In this document: positions 49,158-59,275 of the stretch, in pieces
Position numbering within the stretch: position 1 is the stretch's first letter
Layout: each line of letters starts with the position of its first letter
Assembly: GCA_963735805.1 (NCBI GenBank)
Contig: CAVTMK010000003.1
Span: 160,001 to 224,000 of the forward strand
Length of the DNA: 64,000 nt
Source: an uncultured Verrucomicrobiae bacterium
GTDB taxonomy: Bacteria; Verrucomicrobiota; Verrucomicrobiia; Chthoniobacterales; UBA10450
Direction of reading: 5' to 3'
Notes under the pieces: model-generated
What the model was told of the DNA's origin: nothing
Seen by the model: the letters and a program-made list of their open reading frames with translations, nothing else
Database searches by the model: none
Made by a program: the position numbers and the translations under genes

Positions 49158-49373
49158 TTAAAGTCGGTAAACGATACGGGCTTTGGCGGTGTCGTATGGC
49201 GACATTTCCATTTTCACTCGATCGCCAATTGTAAGCCGAATGAAGCGTCTGCGCATCCTTCCGGAGATGTGGGCGAGAACCAGATGATCGTTTGCAAGCG
49301 CGACGCGGAACATGGTTCCCGGAAGCACCGTCGTAATGGTGCCTTCCAGTTCGATAACTTTCTCAGAACTCAT
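49158..49373 (-). CDS. infA: Translation initiation factor IF-1
   Basis: IELEG...LPGTMFRV...AHISGRMR...IRLTIGDRV...SPYD...RIVYR. Confidence 0.95.
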   Translation of the reverse strand: MSSEKVIELEGTITTVLPGTMFRVALANDHLVLAHISGRMRRRFIRLTIGDRVKMEMSPYDTAKARIVYRL

Positions 49374-49389
49374 GACGCGTATGTTTTAG

Positions 49390-49415
49390 GTAGAGGCGGT
49401 TGACCGCAACCGCCT
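49390..49415 (+). repeat. GTAG-hairpin (REP-like, family C) between RRM gene and infA
   Basis: GTAG-AGGCGGTT-GACCGC-AACCGCCT, perfect 8-bp stem. Confidence 0.6.
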
Positions 49416-49429
49416 TCCGACCCCTGTAT

Positions 49430-49732
49430 TTACCAGCGCTTGCCTGCAAACGGGCGCTTTCCGCCACCGCCCTGAGGGCGCGGACCCTGTTCGCGCGGAC
49501 GCGCTTCGTTCACTTTCAGGGCGCGGCCGTTCAATTCGTGACCATTCAGCGCGCTCATCGCAGCGTTGGCTTGTGCGCCATCGTTCATCGTGAGGAACGC
49601 GAAGCCGCGCGATTTGCCAGTAAACCGGTCCATCATTAGTTGAACTTCGTTGACTGTGCCGTGTTGTTCGAACAGATCCTGAAGATCGTTCTCGGTGGTC
49701 TCAAATGAGAGATTACCTACGTACATTTTCAT
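49430..49732 (-). CDS. RRM (RNP-1) RNA-binding protein
   Basis: RNP2 MYVGNL, RNP1 RGFAFLTM, GRALKVNEA, Gly-rich tail. Confidence 0.95.
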   Translation of the reverse strand: MKMYVGNLSFETTENDLQDLFEQHGTVNEVQLMMDRFTGKSRGFAFLTMNDGAQANAAMSALNGHELNGRALKVNEARPREQGPRPQGGGGKRPFAGKRW

Positions 49733-49866
49733 TGTGTTTTGATTTTGGAAAAACTACCGAGCTACAGAGCCGTTCCCGTGAATCGGGTTTCAAACCACCA
49801 ATGAGCGACGCTCACCTGACGATCTACCGCGCAGTGAAGTTAAACAGAGTAATCCAATAGGGGCGC

Positions 49867-49895
49867 AGTATCGCTCGGATCGGCGCGAAACACAA
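49867..49895 (-). promoter_or_regulatory. Candidate sigma70 promoter of the RRM operon
   Basis: Minus strand TTGTGT-N17-GATACT, implying a leader of about 130 nt. Confidence 0.4.
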
Positions 49896-49996
49896 ATGAC
49901 ATTTTCCCGGATGGAATTTGATGAACCGAAAAATAGCACCTGCTAACGCGAACGAAAACTTCTTTGGCTCGGATTTACGAGTCAGGGCAGATCCGC

Positions 49997-50371
49997 TCAC
50001 CGACCGTTGTCTCGGTGCAACGGGAGACGCCTGAAACGTGTTGCGTGCGTCAATTGCCGATAAGAATCCGGCGCTAGCTTGCGGGCCGCCGCGCGAAATC
50101 TTTTGAAAAGTGCGGCGCGGTGTTCTGAAGTTGTATGCTGCGCGTAGTACAGCCCACAGTTCTGAGTCAAAGTTGGTTCCATATTTAGGTTTTCGTTAAT
50201 TTGCGCTGGCGGCGGAGTGACGCAGGCGTTGATGTCTGAGCAATCTGCATCAAGGCGCGTGATGTAGGCATCCACTAAAGCCACAAAGGTTATTTCTGAG
50301 ACCACAATATCGCTCGACAAGTTCTCGAGCAGTTTTTTTAGCTCATCCTTATGAGCAGCGATAGCATTCAT
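49997..50371 (-). CDS. Hypothetical protein
   Basis: About 124-aa ORF filling an otherwise empty interval; no motif recognised. Confidence 0.45.
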   Translation of the reverse strand: MNAIAAHKDELKKLLENLSSDIVVSEITFVALVDAYITRLDADCSDINACVTPPPAQINENLNMEPTLTQNCGLYYAQHTTSEHRAALFKRFRAAARKLAPDSYRQLTHATRFRRLPLHRDNGR

Positions 50372-50546
50372 GGTGCGGTTCTGTGTGCAGAGAGAAGGGC
50401 CGCACACCTGCGCGATCGATTGACGCTGCGCTATTAACCAAACAGTACAGCCGCAATTGCGATTAGCTAATGATTAATACAGTTTGTTTCTTTAGGCTTA
50501 AACCGTTCAGACGGGAATGAAGCGCTCCCGCGACCGACGAAATCAT

Positions 50547-51641
50547 ATGTCCCGAGCCCAAGATTTGATGACCAATCTTCTCGCGTTTGCGGACATTCGT
50601 ATCAACGGCGGTCGTCCCTGGGACATACAGGTGCATGACCAGCGCTTCTTTAACCGAGTAATGACTTCCGGGACGCTTGGTTTCGGCGAATCCTACATGG
50701 ATGGCTGGTGGGACTGCGACGCGCTGGATGAGATGTGTTGCCGTGCCATTCGTGCTCGACTCGCAAAGCGTTTCGCATTTCGATTCCCCAATGTCTGGGC
50801 ACTGATCACTGCGGTTCTCGTGAACCAGCAAACTCGTCTGCGCTCACGAAAAGTTGGCCGGGTGCATTACGACCTGAGCAATGATTTTTTCGAAGCAATG
50901 CTCGATCCGAATATGCAATATTCCTGTGCGCTCTTCGCGGAGGGCGACGATCTCGCCTCGGCGCAACTCCGAAAGCTGGATTGGATTTGCGAAAGATTAC
51001 GACTGCGACCAGGCCTTCGCGTGCTTGACATCGGTTGCGGCTGGGGCGGATTAGCCCGTCATGCCGCCCGCCATCATGGTTGCCATGTAGTCGGGATAAC
51101 AATCTCACAGGAGCAATTCGTTTACGCGCAACGTTGGACTCGCGAATTGGACGTGGAAATTCAGCTGCGCGACTACCGCGAAGTCACCGGGCGCTTTGAT
51201 CGCGTGGTGAGCGTGGGCATGGTCGAGCATGTCGGCTACAAGAATTATCGCACCTATATGCGAGCGGCCGCTCGTTCGTTAGACGAGAATGGCTTGTTTC
51301 TTTGCCAAGGAATTTGCGCAAATCTGTCGCGCTTCCACACCGATCCGTGGATCAAGCGGTATATCTTTCCAAACTCAGTGCTTCCTTCCCTGGCTCATCT
51401 TGTACGTGCTGCGGAGGGCATTTTCATCGTTGAAGCCGTCAGGAATATCGGGCCCAGTTACGACCCAACACTTCTCGCCTGGGAGAAAAACTTTCGCCGC
51501 TCCTGGCCCGAGTTTGCAGATCGCTACGGCGAACGTTTCCGGCGGATGTGGCGATTTTATCTGCTCAGTTGCGCGGGCGCATTTCGGGCGGGCAGTCTCC
51601 AGGTTTTTTCGATTCTCTTTTCGAATCGCACCGGCAACTGA
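50547..51641 (+). CDS. cfa: Cyclopropane fatty acyl phospholipid synthase
   Basis: LGFGESYMDGWW, HYDLSN, MQYSCA, LDIGCGWG, SVGMVEHVG, YIFPN, RMWRFYL. Confidence 0.93.
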   Translation: MSRAQDLMTNLLAFADIRINGGRPWDIQVHDQRFFNRVMTSGTLGFGESYMDGWWDCDALDEMCCRAIRARLAKRFAFRFPNVWALITAVLVNQQTRLRSRKVGRVHYDLSNDFFEAMLDPNMQYSCALFAEGDDLASAQLRKLDWICERLRLRPGLRVLDIGCGWGGLARHAARHHGCHVVGITISQEQFVYAQRWTRELDVEIQLRDYREVTGRFDRVVSVGMVEHVGYKNYRTYMRAAARSLDENGLFLCQGICANLSRFHTDPWIKRYIFPNSVLPSLAHLVRAAEGIFIVEAVRNIGPSYDPTLLAWEKNFRRSWPEFADRYGERFRRMWRFYLLSCAGAFRAGSLQVFSILFSNRTGN

Positions 51642-51683
51642 CAACGCCATTCCGGAAAAGTTCGCCGTGCACCATTAGCTGGC

Positions 51684-52664
51684 TCACTTTTCCGGCGACG
51701 CCTTCCAATCATCGGTTGGTTCCATGACCGATCGCGGGCCGGTGCCATTTAACCAGGCCAGTGCATGCTTGTTGTCCTGCAAATATGCATCCCAGAATGC
51801 GGTCGAGAGCGCGCGGATTACGCGATGATGATTTATGTTGCGCGGCCTGCGATCGCCGGGGAACGCACGATCGAAGAAGACCGAATGATCAGCATTGTCG
51901 AGCACCACCTGATATTTCGGCGCGCCGTGCAACGCCGGATAAACCGTGAGCCGCTCTTTTGCGTCCATCTCGCCGATCGGCGCGACATCTTTTGTTCCGG
52001 TCATCAGCAGCCATGGGATTTTTACATCACCGAAGGCGCGCTCCGCCGTCTCGGATTTCGGCGTGCTCGGACTCATGATGACCGCGGCGCGAATTCTTGG
52101 ATCGGTCAGTTCGGTGCCGCTCATCAGGAACGTCTCGCCGGTTAACGCCTGGGTCGTCACCGCGCCGAAAGAATGGCCGGACATTCCGATCCGCGTCAAA
52201 TCCATTCGGTTCGCGAGCGGACCGCTCTTGTTCCAGGTTTCGAGTTGATCGAGCACCGCACGAATGTCGCCCACACGCAGGAAAAAATTCTCGAGCGACG
52301 CCGCCTTGCTTAGTGCGACCATTCGCTCCGATGGCGGCGCATTTTTCCACACCAAATCGTCGCTGCCGGGATGTTGCACGAACACCGCGAGGTAACCGCG
52401 CGCTGCCCACCGTTCGCCGAGAAATTTGCTGCCCTCACGCGATCCACCCAGTCCATGACTGAACAAAACGACAGGCGTTGGCTTATCGTTAGGCGGAAAA
52501 TAAACACGAATCGGAATATCGCGATTGCGCGCAGCATCATGCACCGTCAGGTCACGTACCCGCGGGTGAAAATTTGGATCGACGACAAGCGGATCGTACG
52601 AACCTGCCCACGCAAAGTGAACGAATAGGAGGCTAACGAGAACCACAGATGCGTAGCGCATCAT
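51684..52664 (-). CDS. Exported alpha/beta hydrolase (predicted dienelactone hydrolase type)
   Basis: Signal peptide; FSHGLGG, QHPGS, GHSFG, TGTKD, ADH. Confidence 0.88.
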   Translation of the reverse strand: MMRYASVVLVSLLFVHFAWAGSYDPLVVDPNFHPRVRDLTVHDAARNRDIPIRVYFPPNDKPTPVVLFSHGLGGSREGSKFLGERWAARGYLAVFVQHPGSDDLVWKNAPPSERMVALSKAASLENFFLRVGDIRAVLDQLETWNKSGPLANRMDLTRIGMSGHSFGAVTTQALTGETFLMSGTELTDPRIRAAVIMSPSTPKSETAERAFGDVKIPWLLMTGTKDVAPIGEMDAKERLTVYPALHGAPKYQVVLDNADHSVFFDRAFPGDRRPRNINHHRVIRALSTAFWDAYLQDNKHALAWLNGTGPRSVMEPTDDWKASPEK

Positions 52665-52928
52665 AACAGTGACCGTTTCTAGATAGTGTCAGTTACAACA
52701 TCTGCAAAGCGGCACAGGCATCAATTTTGCCGTGAACCAATGCCGTTCGCTCAAAACGCGAGCCCGTGTGTCAGAGGGGGGGCCAAGCTGAAGGCGTAGT
52801 TCGATTTCGCGACCATATTCCTATACTTCGAAGTTCACAGCTCTGTTCGCCTAGCAATCAAAATCTCGATTCAGGATCCTTACCGGCATCGTCAGTTTAC
52901 CCTCCAGTGAGTTCCGATATTATGGTAT

Positions 52929-54128
52929 ATGTCTATCCTTATTTCCGGAGCGGGCATCGCTGGCCCCACCCTCGCGTATTGGCTTTCTGTTTATGGGGTG
53001 AGATCAACCCTGATCGAACGGGCGCCACGGCTGCGTACCGGTGGTTATGCCATCGATTTCTGGGGGCTGGGCTTCGACATCGCGGAACGAATGGGGATTC
53101 TTCCGGGCCTCAAGCGCGATGGATACAACATCAAGGAATTGCGAATTGTTAACGCGCAGGGACGACGGATCGGAGGATTCAATGTAGACATTATTCGGGA
53201 GGCCGCCCATGGCCGGTATATAACGATTCCGCGCACCGATCTGGCTAAAAATATCTGCCGCAAAATCGAAGGACGTTGCGCAATTATCTTCGGTGATAGC
53301 ATCGCCGAAATTCACCAAGACGCGGATGGCGTGGATGTCGTGTTCGAGCATGCACCGTCCCGTCGCTTTGACATGGTCATAGGCGCTGACGGCCTTCATT
53401 CCATTGTCAGAAAACTGACGTTCGGCGAGGAAAACCGTTTCGAGACGTTTCTCGGTTATTCGGTCGCGGCCTTCGAGGTAAGCGGCTATCGACCAAGAGA
53501 CGAGGACATCTACATGAATTACAGCACCCCGGGGAAACAGGTAGGTCGGCTTTCGCTGCGGAATGATCGCACGCTGTTCCTGTTTGTTTTTTCTGATGAA
53601 CGAGGCGACCTGATTGACCCCGAAGATACTGAGTCGCAAAGAAAAGCACTACGCGCGCAGTTTGGTAATCTCGGGTGGGAATGCCCGCAGATTCTCGCCG
53701 CGATGGAAGCATGCCCGCAACTATACTTCGACCGAGTCAGCCAGATTCGGATGGACACATGGTCAAAAGGGCGTGTTGGACTTATCGGAGACGCTGCCTT
53801 TTGTCCCTCGTTACTCGCGGGTCAAGGTTCAGCACTCGCCATGATCGCTGCCTATGTGCTCGCTGGTGAGCTCGATCGGAGGCCCAACTCGCCAGAGCAA
53901 GCGCTAGCGCGCTATCAAGAGTTATTACATCCGTTTATGTTAGCCAAGCAACAAGCCGCGAAGAAATTTGCTACCTCCTTTACACCTAAAACACGATGGG
54001 GCCTTTTCCTGCGCAATCAGGTCATCAAGGCATTCGTCATTCCCTTTGTCGCAAAATTGATGGTAGGCGGAAGCCTTCTCGATCGCGTCGATCTCCCTGA
54101 TTACTCAAAAAAACATGCGTTTGGCTGA
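52929..54128 (+). CDS. FAD-dependent monooxygenase
   Basis: ISGAGIAG, IERAP, GADGLHS, IGDAAF...GQG. Confidence 0.9.
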   Translation: MSILISGAGIAGPTLAYWLSVYGVRSTLIERAPRLRTGGYAIDFWGLGFDIAERMGILPGLKRDGYNIKELRIVNAQGRRIGGFNVDIIREAAHGRYITIPRTDLAKNICRKIEGRCAIIFGDSIAEIHQDADGVDVVFEHAPSRRFDMVIGADGLHSIVRKLTFGEENRFETFLGYSVAAFEVSGYRPRDEDIYMNYSTPGKQVGRLSLRNDRTLFLFVFSDERGDLIDPEDTESQRKALRAQFGNLGWECPQILAAMEACPQLYFDRVSQIRMDTWSKGRVGLIGDAAFCPSLLAGQGSALAMIAAYVLAGELDRRPNSPEQALARYQELLHPFMLAKQQAAKKFATSFTPKTRWGLFLRNQVIKAFVIPFVAKLMVGGSLLDRVDLPDYSKKHAFG

Positions 54129-54166
54129 CGACAAAGCCTCGCTCGCCAAAGGCGGTGGTAGAGAAG

Positions 54167-55837
54167 TCAATGGATGCCCGAGCCCCCGTGAGCAACTGAA
54201 TCCCTGCCGAATTGGATATAATAGGGATCGAAATACCAACCGGTGGCTGGAGCTGGCTGCTTCAGGACAGCATAACCGCTCGCATCGTACAAAAGCGAGT
54301 TGCTGGGGTTGCGCGAGACGCTGAAGTAATCGCCCAGTCGGATTTGCGAGGCGACAGGCGACGCGGTGCTGAGCTCAGGGTACCATACGATAAAATCGCC
54401 AAGTATTCCCACCGCGTGACTAACATAATTGCTCGGGTTGGAGTCCGCACCGCCCCAGGCAAGCGCGATACCGACTTCGCCATTACCATTCGTCGCGAGA
54501 TAAGGATCCACAAAGCCATAGGCATCGTTCCAAATCTGCCATTGCGCGATCTTGCTGAAGTTCGACGTATTGATTTCGACGACTTCTATGTGCGCGTTTT
54601 TGAAATTTGAATTGCTCGACGTGTTCCATGCGAACCAGACCTCACTGTTGGAACGGCGCGTCGCGCCCGTTATCGCATTGCCCGGCCATCCGAACGAAAA
54701 ATTGTCCGTTCCGTCGGGAGCGTTCAGTTTGATCGTGCCATTAGGCCAACTGTCGATATCGATGTCGCGCGATGAGTATTGGTTCGAACCTTCGGCCATT
54801 GAGAAAACCCGGATCTGAGTGTTCTTCGGGCTTCCTGCCCAGAAGAGCGTGTCGCCAGGATTCTGAGCGATATGCGACCCATAAGCTGTCGAGCCATCGG
54901 TCTTCGTCCCATCGGAGGGAGAGGTGTAACCCATGTTGATCGTTTGGCTGTCGCGAATCTCATTCAGCGGGATGCGGACCACGAGTAAGCCCTGGCTGAC
55001 CGCATCGGCGCTGAAATAGAGAAAATTGTCGCCAACGGATAGATCGGGGTAATCCATCGTCGTAGTACCGAGATTGAAGGTGGCGGACGCGAGATCCCAG
55101 TAGGTCCAGCCGGTAGCGCCGGCGCCAGACACGACATCCTGCGTACTGGCCGAAGCGATGCGCACCTTGTTAATGCCGGTAAGACATCCTCCTGTGCCGG
55201 TTCCGCAAAATTGCATGAGCCACACAAAGCGATCGATCTGCGGCGCGTAGCGGATGATCTGATCGCAACACAAACCGTTGTCTAGCAGGTTACCGGCCGA
55301 GTCTTTGGTTGGGCCTGAGGGAAAAATCGTCGTCGGATCGAGCTGGGTGTAGCTGGTGCCGCCATCCGTCGAGAGCATCACGCGCGTGTTATAGGAAAGC
55401 ATGATCACGTTGCCGTTTCGCGCAGCGTTTGGATCGGGTGGAGTGCCAACACTAGCGCTTGTTCCTTGCGGGTTGTACTGCGTAACAACCACGGGATCGC
55501 CTGCGCCACCGGCCGGCTTTTGCTTCTGGATTTCAAGCAGCTTGGAGCCCTGCACAGATGGCGCGAGCGTGCCACGCTGCGGTCCGGTTGGAACGATGCG
55601 TGGATGGTCTTTATTATACTCTTCTTTGGGCGCCTGAAACGGCGGATATTTCCCCCGCGGATGCTGCGGCTGCGCGATTGCCCCGTTCAAGGGCGCGGAG
55701 CTCGCTTCGCCGGACTTCTGTCGACCGCAGCAATGGCAGCGGTAAAGCCAGAAGAGCAAACCCAGGAGGAAAAACGCCGCCACAAGCACAAGAAAGATCA
55801 ACACGGCTTTCAAAAAACTATTCATGATAGACCTCAT
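54167..55837 (-). CDS. Hypothetical membrane-anchored beta-rich protein
   Basis: TM followed by RCHCC; CCDQ, DYPDLS, RLGDY; start at 55837 or 55825. Confidence 0.7.
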   Translation of the reverse strand: MRSIMNSFLKAVLIFLVLVAAFFLLGLLFWLYRCHCCGRQKSGEASSAPLNGAIAQPQHPRGKYPPFQAPKEEYNKDHPRIVPTGPQRGTLAPSVQGSKLLEIQKQKPAGGAGDPVVVTQYNPQGTSASVGTPPDPNAARNGNVIMLSYNTRVMLSTDGGTSYTQLDPTTIFPSGPTKDSAGNLLDNGLCCDQIIRYAPQIDRFVWLMQFCGTGTGGCLTGINKVRIASASTQDVVSGAGATGWTYWDLASATFNLGTTTMDYPDLSVGDNFLYFSADAVSQGLLVVRIPLNEIRDSQTINMGYTSPSDGTKTDGSTAYGSHIAQNPGDTLFWAGSPKNTQIRVFSMAEGSNQYSSRDIDIDSWPNGTIKLNAPDGTDNFSFGWPGNAITGATRRSNSEVWFAWNTSSNSNFKNAHIEVVEINTSNFSKIAQWQIWNDAYGFVDPYLATNGNGEVGIALAWGGADSNPSNYVSHAVGILGDFIVWYPELSTASPVASQIRLGDYFSVSRNPSNSLLYDASGYAVLKQPAPATGWYFDPYYIQFGRDSVAHGGSGIH

Positions 55838-56415
55838 TTTTACGCGCTCCCATACAGCCACGCGCTCACGCGGCTCATTGGCCGATTTCCCCACTGCCGG
55901 GGCCAATAAGAAAAGACGAAACCGCGAGGCTGACCTCCCTCACGCTCTATTAGCCTGACATGCTATGCGGGACATTTCCTTGTGACAATCCAAATTTGCG
56001 GGAAAAAAACACTTCTCAGTTCCGCTCTGAAGTGCACTTGAGCGGCAGCGGCGATTCGATCAGGAAACGCGAGCGTTTTACCTTGATCTCTGTCGAAGAA
56101 TCTTTTCGCCGCACTCATCAAGCGCGTCGCAGCGACAATCCTCTACGCGCTCGCCGACTGTCTACCGGTTCTATTTCGCGGTCTATGTCCGCGGCATAAG
56201 CCGCTTCACACCGTTCTACATGGCATTGATCGATCCTTTTCGGAAACTGATCGTATATCCCTCACTCCTGCATAGTGTCCGTAATAGCTGGGAAAAGGCA
56301 TTTGGCACGGGCTGACGTGCAGTGCTCTCAGGTTCGCGAAAAAATGTGAAATAGCCTTACTCAGTTTCGGTCTGGCGGTGTCATCTTCCCTGTAGTCCGA
56401 TGAAAATGGACTGCC

Positions 56416-59262
56416 CTATTTTGCAGCAGGGGCGCCAACCAGTTTCTGGAACCGCGGATCTTCGCGCAGTGGTTCGAACGTTGGATCGAGCCTGAGCAAA
56501 GCGGGCGTGAGCGGCGGGTTTGCGGCCAAGGGTGCTTCGTACGGGATCGAAAGCAGCTTCTCCAAGGTAGAGATGGCGCGATCGGGATCGCCGGCGCGAG
56601 CTGTTATCCGGGCAAGAATTTCGAGCGGTCTCGGACCAGTCAAAGCGTCTTTCTCAATTGGGAACATCTCGATTGTGCGCTCGGCAAGCGCCAGTGCGGC
56701 GGCGTTGTCACCAAGGCACATGTTTAAAAGAGCAAGGTCTCCCATCAGGACAAAGTTTTCCGGTTGTTCTTTAAGGAAAGGTTCCAGTTCGGTACGAGCT
56801 TGGTTCCAACTTTCACGGGCGCCAGCATGGTCGCCACCAACTTCCTGTGCCCAGCCTAACCAAAAGCGCAGTTCGCCTGCGTAAAAACCCAGTGCTGGGT
56901 CCGGCGTTGCCAATATCTCCTTCAGCTGAGCGATGACTGCTGCAGGGCGCGACTCCAGGATTGCCTGGTAAACTTGCGTTTCCAACGCGTTGACGTAGCC
57001 AACCCCTAGCCGGAGCGGGGCCAGAAGCGCCGACGCACGTGGGAGGTCGCCTTCTGCCTGTGCTATGCGTGCCTTTAACACAGTGGTATCTGTGTCGTCG
57101 GGTGTTATATTGAGAATCTGCTCGAGCTTGATCAGGGCTTCGGGGAAACGACGTTGACAGACGTAGGTGCGCGCGTGTTGTGAAAGCAGGTTGACATTTC
57201 GTGGGTCGAGCTTCTCCGCTTCGTTGAAGTACGCCTCGCTTTTGTCCCAGTTACCTCGTCTGCGTTCGACATAAGCCAACCCTTGCAGGACGCGGCTGTT
57301 ATGAGGCAGGAAAGCTTTTGCCTGCTCGAGGTATTTTAAGGCAGTGTCATAATCCTTCAGGCAGGCGTAATAATAGTAACCCTTGGCTAATACAGCCTCG
57401 CCAAGATTGGGCTGTAGCCTGAGAGCTGTTTCAGCTGCCTCGCGCGCTTCGTCGCGGAGAGCGGCCGTTGGTTGAAGGCTCTGTGTCAGGTATCCGCTCG
57501 CATCGACATATGAAAGCAGCGCCCAAGCAAGGGCGAACTGTGGGTCCAATTGCACCGCCGCTTTGAGGTATTTCTGCGCGGCAAGTGAGTTCTCCGGTGT
57601 GAATGCAGTCTTTAGCGTGTAAGCCAAACCGCGCAGGTAGGCATCGTACGCCTGGGGATTGCCGGTAGGTTTGGCAGCAATAACCTCCTCTTCCTGTCCC
57701 GTTAGTTTCGCTTGTAATTGGTCGGCTATTGCTTTGGCCACTTCACTTTCGACCGAAAGAATGTCGGTCACTTTGCGATCAAACGTGTCGGCCCAAAGAT
57801 GGGAATCAGTTGCCGCCTTGATCAGCTGCACATTCACGCGTACCGCGTCGCCTCCCTTTTGCACACTTCCTTCCAAAATGTGGGCAACACCGAGTTGCTT
57901 TGCGATCTCGGGAAGGTTTTCCGGGGCACTTTTATAATGCTGTGTCGAAGTACGGGAGATCACCTTTAGATCAGCGATCTTGGATAAGCGCGTCAGGATT
58001 TCGTCCTGTATTCCCTCGGCGAAATACGCGTTCTCCTTATCGCTGGTCAGGTTTTCGAATGGCAATACTGCGATCGATCGCTCGATTGGGGCGAAAGAAC
58101 GCGTTCGCTGGTATAACCAGGTGCCGAGCGCAATTGCTGCCACTGCCAACGCTGCAACGGCGGTTGCCAGCGCGACTCTGTTGCGACGAGAGCGTGCTTT
58201 GAGATTAAATCGTTCATAACAGCTGCGGACAGCAGAAAGTAACTCGCGCGACGATTGCGGTCTCTCCTTCGGGTCATGGGCCAACATCGTTTTCAGCAGT
58301 TCAATTACCTGACCCGGAAGGTGAAGACTCTTCAGCTGTTCCAAGGGTAACTCATCAGTTTGCCTCGCACGGATTTGTTCCATCGTGCGTCCGACAAAAG
58401 GGGTGCGGCCGGTAAGCAGATACCAAAGAGTAACACCCAGCGAGTAGATATCGGAACGCGTATCAACCGGCAATTGGCTGGCTCCGGCGAATTGTTCCGG
58501 ACTGGCAAAAGCTGGCGTGCCGATGAAGCCCGCTTGTGTTTGATCCATACCAGGCTCTGCCTGAGGTCCCATTACTTTCGCTACTCCGTAATCAATCAGC
58601 TTTACCGTAAGCGCGCCGCTCGCATCGGATTCCAGCATCATGTTGGATGGCTTGATGTCGCGATGCACCACACCGCACGCCTCCGCAGCAGCCAACGCGC
58701 GTGCGGCTTGCTCAATTACTTCCAACGCCGTGGCTAAGGGCATCGGCCCATCGCGCCGAACACGTGCCTCCAATGTTTCACCATTGACTAATTCCATGGC
58801 ATAGAAGCACTCACCGTCCTGCTCTCCATAATAAGTGACCCTTGCAACGTTAGGATGATGAATGTTCGCAGCCGCGCGCGCTTCCCGCAGAAAACGTGAT
58901 CGCGCGCCGGGATTCTGTGCGACTCTGCGGTCGATGACTTTGAGAGCAACCTCTGAGTTCAACACGGTATCGCGAGCGCGATAAGTTATGGCCATTGCTC
59001 CCGCTCCAAGCTCGACCGGGAAGCCGTCCGCGCCTATTTGGACCTCAAAGTGTGCGTATTTTAATGGTCCGGGCGTCAGTCGACTCCGGGCCGCTGATCT
59101 TTCCGGTTCTTCGCCCTCCGCGAGAAAGCCAAGGCCAACAAGACAACGCAAACATTCGCCGTTCGGGCCAACTTGAGTCAGCGGTCGCCCACATGTCGCG
59201 CAGGTCTCTGCAGCTTCAGGCTGAGCGTCCGTAGCTTCGAGACCAATCCCTTTGTCGTCCAT
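56416..59262 (-). CDS. Ser/Thr protein kinase with N-terminal Cys4 motif, TM, TolB-like domain and TPRs
   Basis: CATC...CLRC; LGAGAMA, VALK, HRDIKPSN, DYG, GTPAFASPE; SIAVLPFENL; TPR helices; LRLDP...LREDPRF tail. Confidence 0.93.
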   Translation of the reverse strand: MDDKGIGLEATDAQPEAAETCATCGRPLTQVGPNGECLRCLVGLGFLAEGEEPERSAARSRLTPGPLKYAHFEVQIGADGFPVELGAGAMAITYRARDTVLNSEVALKVIDRRVAQNPGARSRFLREARAAANIHHPNVARVTYYGEQDGECFYAMELVNGETLEARVRRDGPMPLATALEVIEQAARALAAAEACGVVHRDIKPSNMMLESDASGALTVKLIDYGVAKVMGPQAEPGMDQTQAGFIGTPAFASPEQFAGASQLPVDTRSDIYSLGVTLWYLLTGRTPFVGRTMEQIRARQTDELPLEQLKSLHLPGQVIELLKTMLAHDPKERPQSSRELLSAVRSCYERFNLKARSRRNRVALATAVAALAVAAIALGTWLYQRTRSFAPIERSIAVLPFENLTSDKENAYFAEGIQDEILTRLSKIADLKVISRTSTQHYKSAPENLPEIAKQLGVAHILEGSVQKGGDAVRVNVQLIKAATDSHLWADTFDRKVTDILSVESEVAKAIADQLQAKLTGQEEEVIAAKPTGNPQAYDAYLRGLAYTLKTAFTPENSLAAQKYLKAAVQLDPQFALAWALLSYVDASGYLTQSLQPTAALRDEAREAAETALRLQPNLGEAVLAKGYYYYACLKDYDTALKYLEQAKAFLPHNSRVLQGLAYVERRRGNWDKSEAYFNEAEKLDPRNVNLLSQHARTYVCQRRFPEALIKLEQILNITPDDTDTTVLKARIAQAEGDLPRASALLAPLRLGVGYVNALETQVYQAILESRPAAVIAQLKEILATPDPALGFYAGELRFWLGWAQEVGGDHAGARESWNQARTELEPFLKEQPENFVLMGDLALLNMCLGDNAAALALAERTIEMFPIEKDALTGPRPLEILARITARAGDPDRAISTLEKLLSIPYEAPLAANPPLTPALLRLDPTFEPLREDPRFQKLVGAPAAK

Positions 59263-59275
59263 GCGTAAAGCCAGC

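Noticed and set aside
55960..56199. 79-aa ORF in the gap before the kinase
   Set aside because: No recognisable motif or RBS; Arg/Ser-rich composition typical of spurious frames
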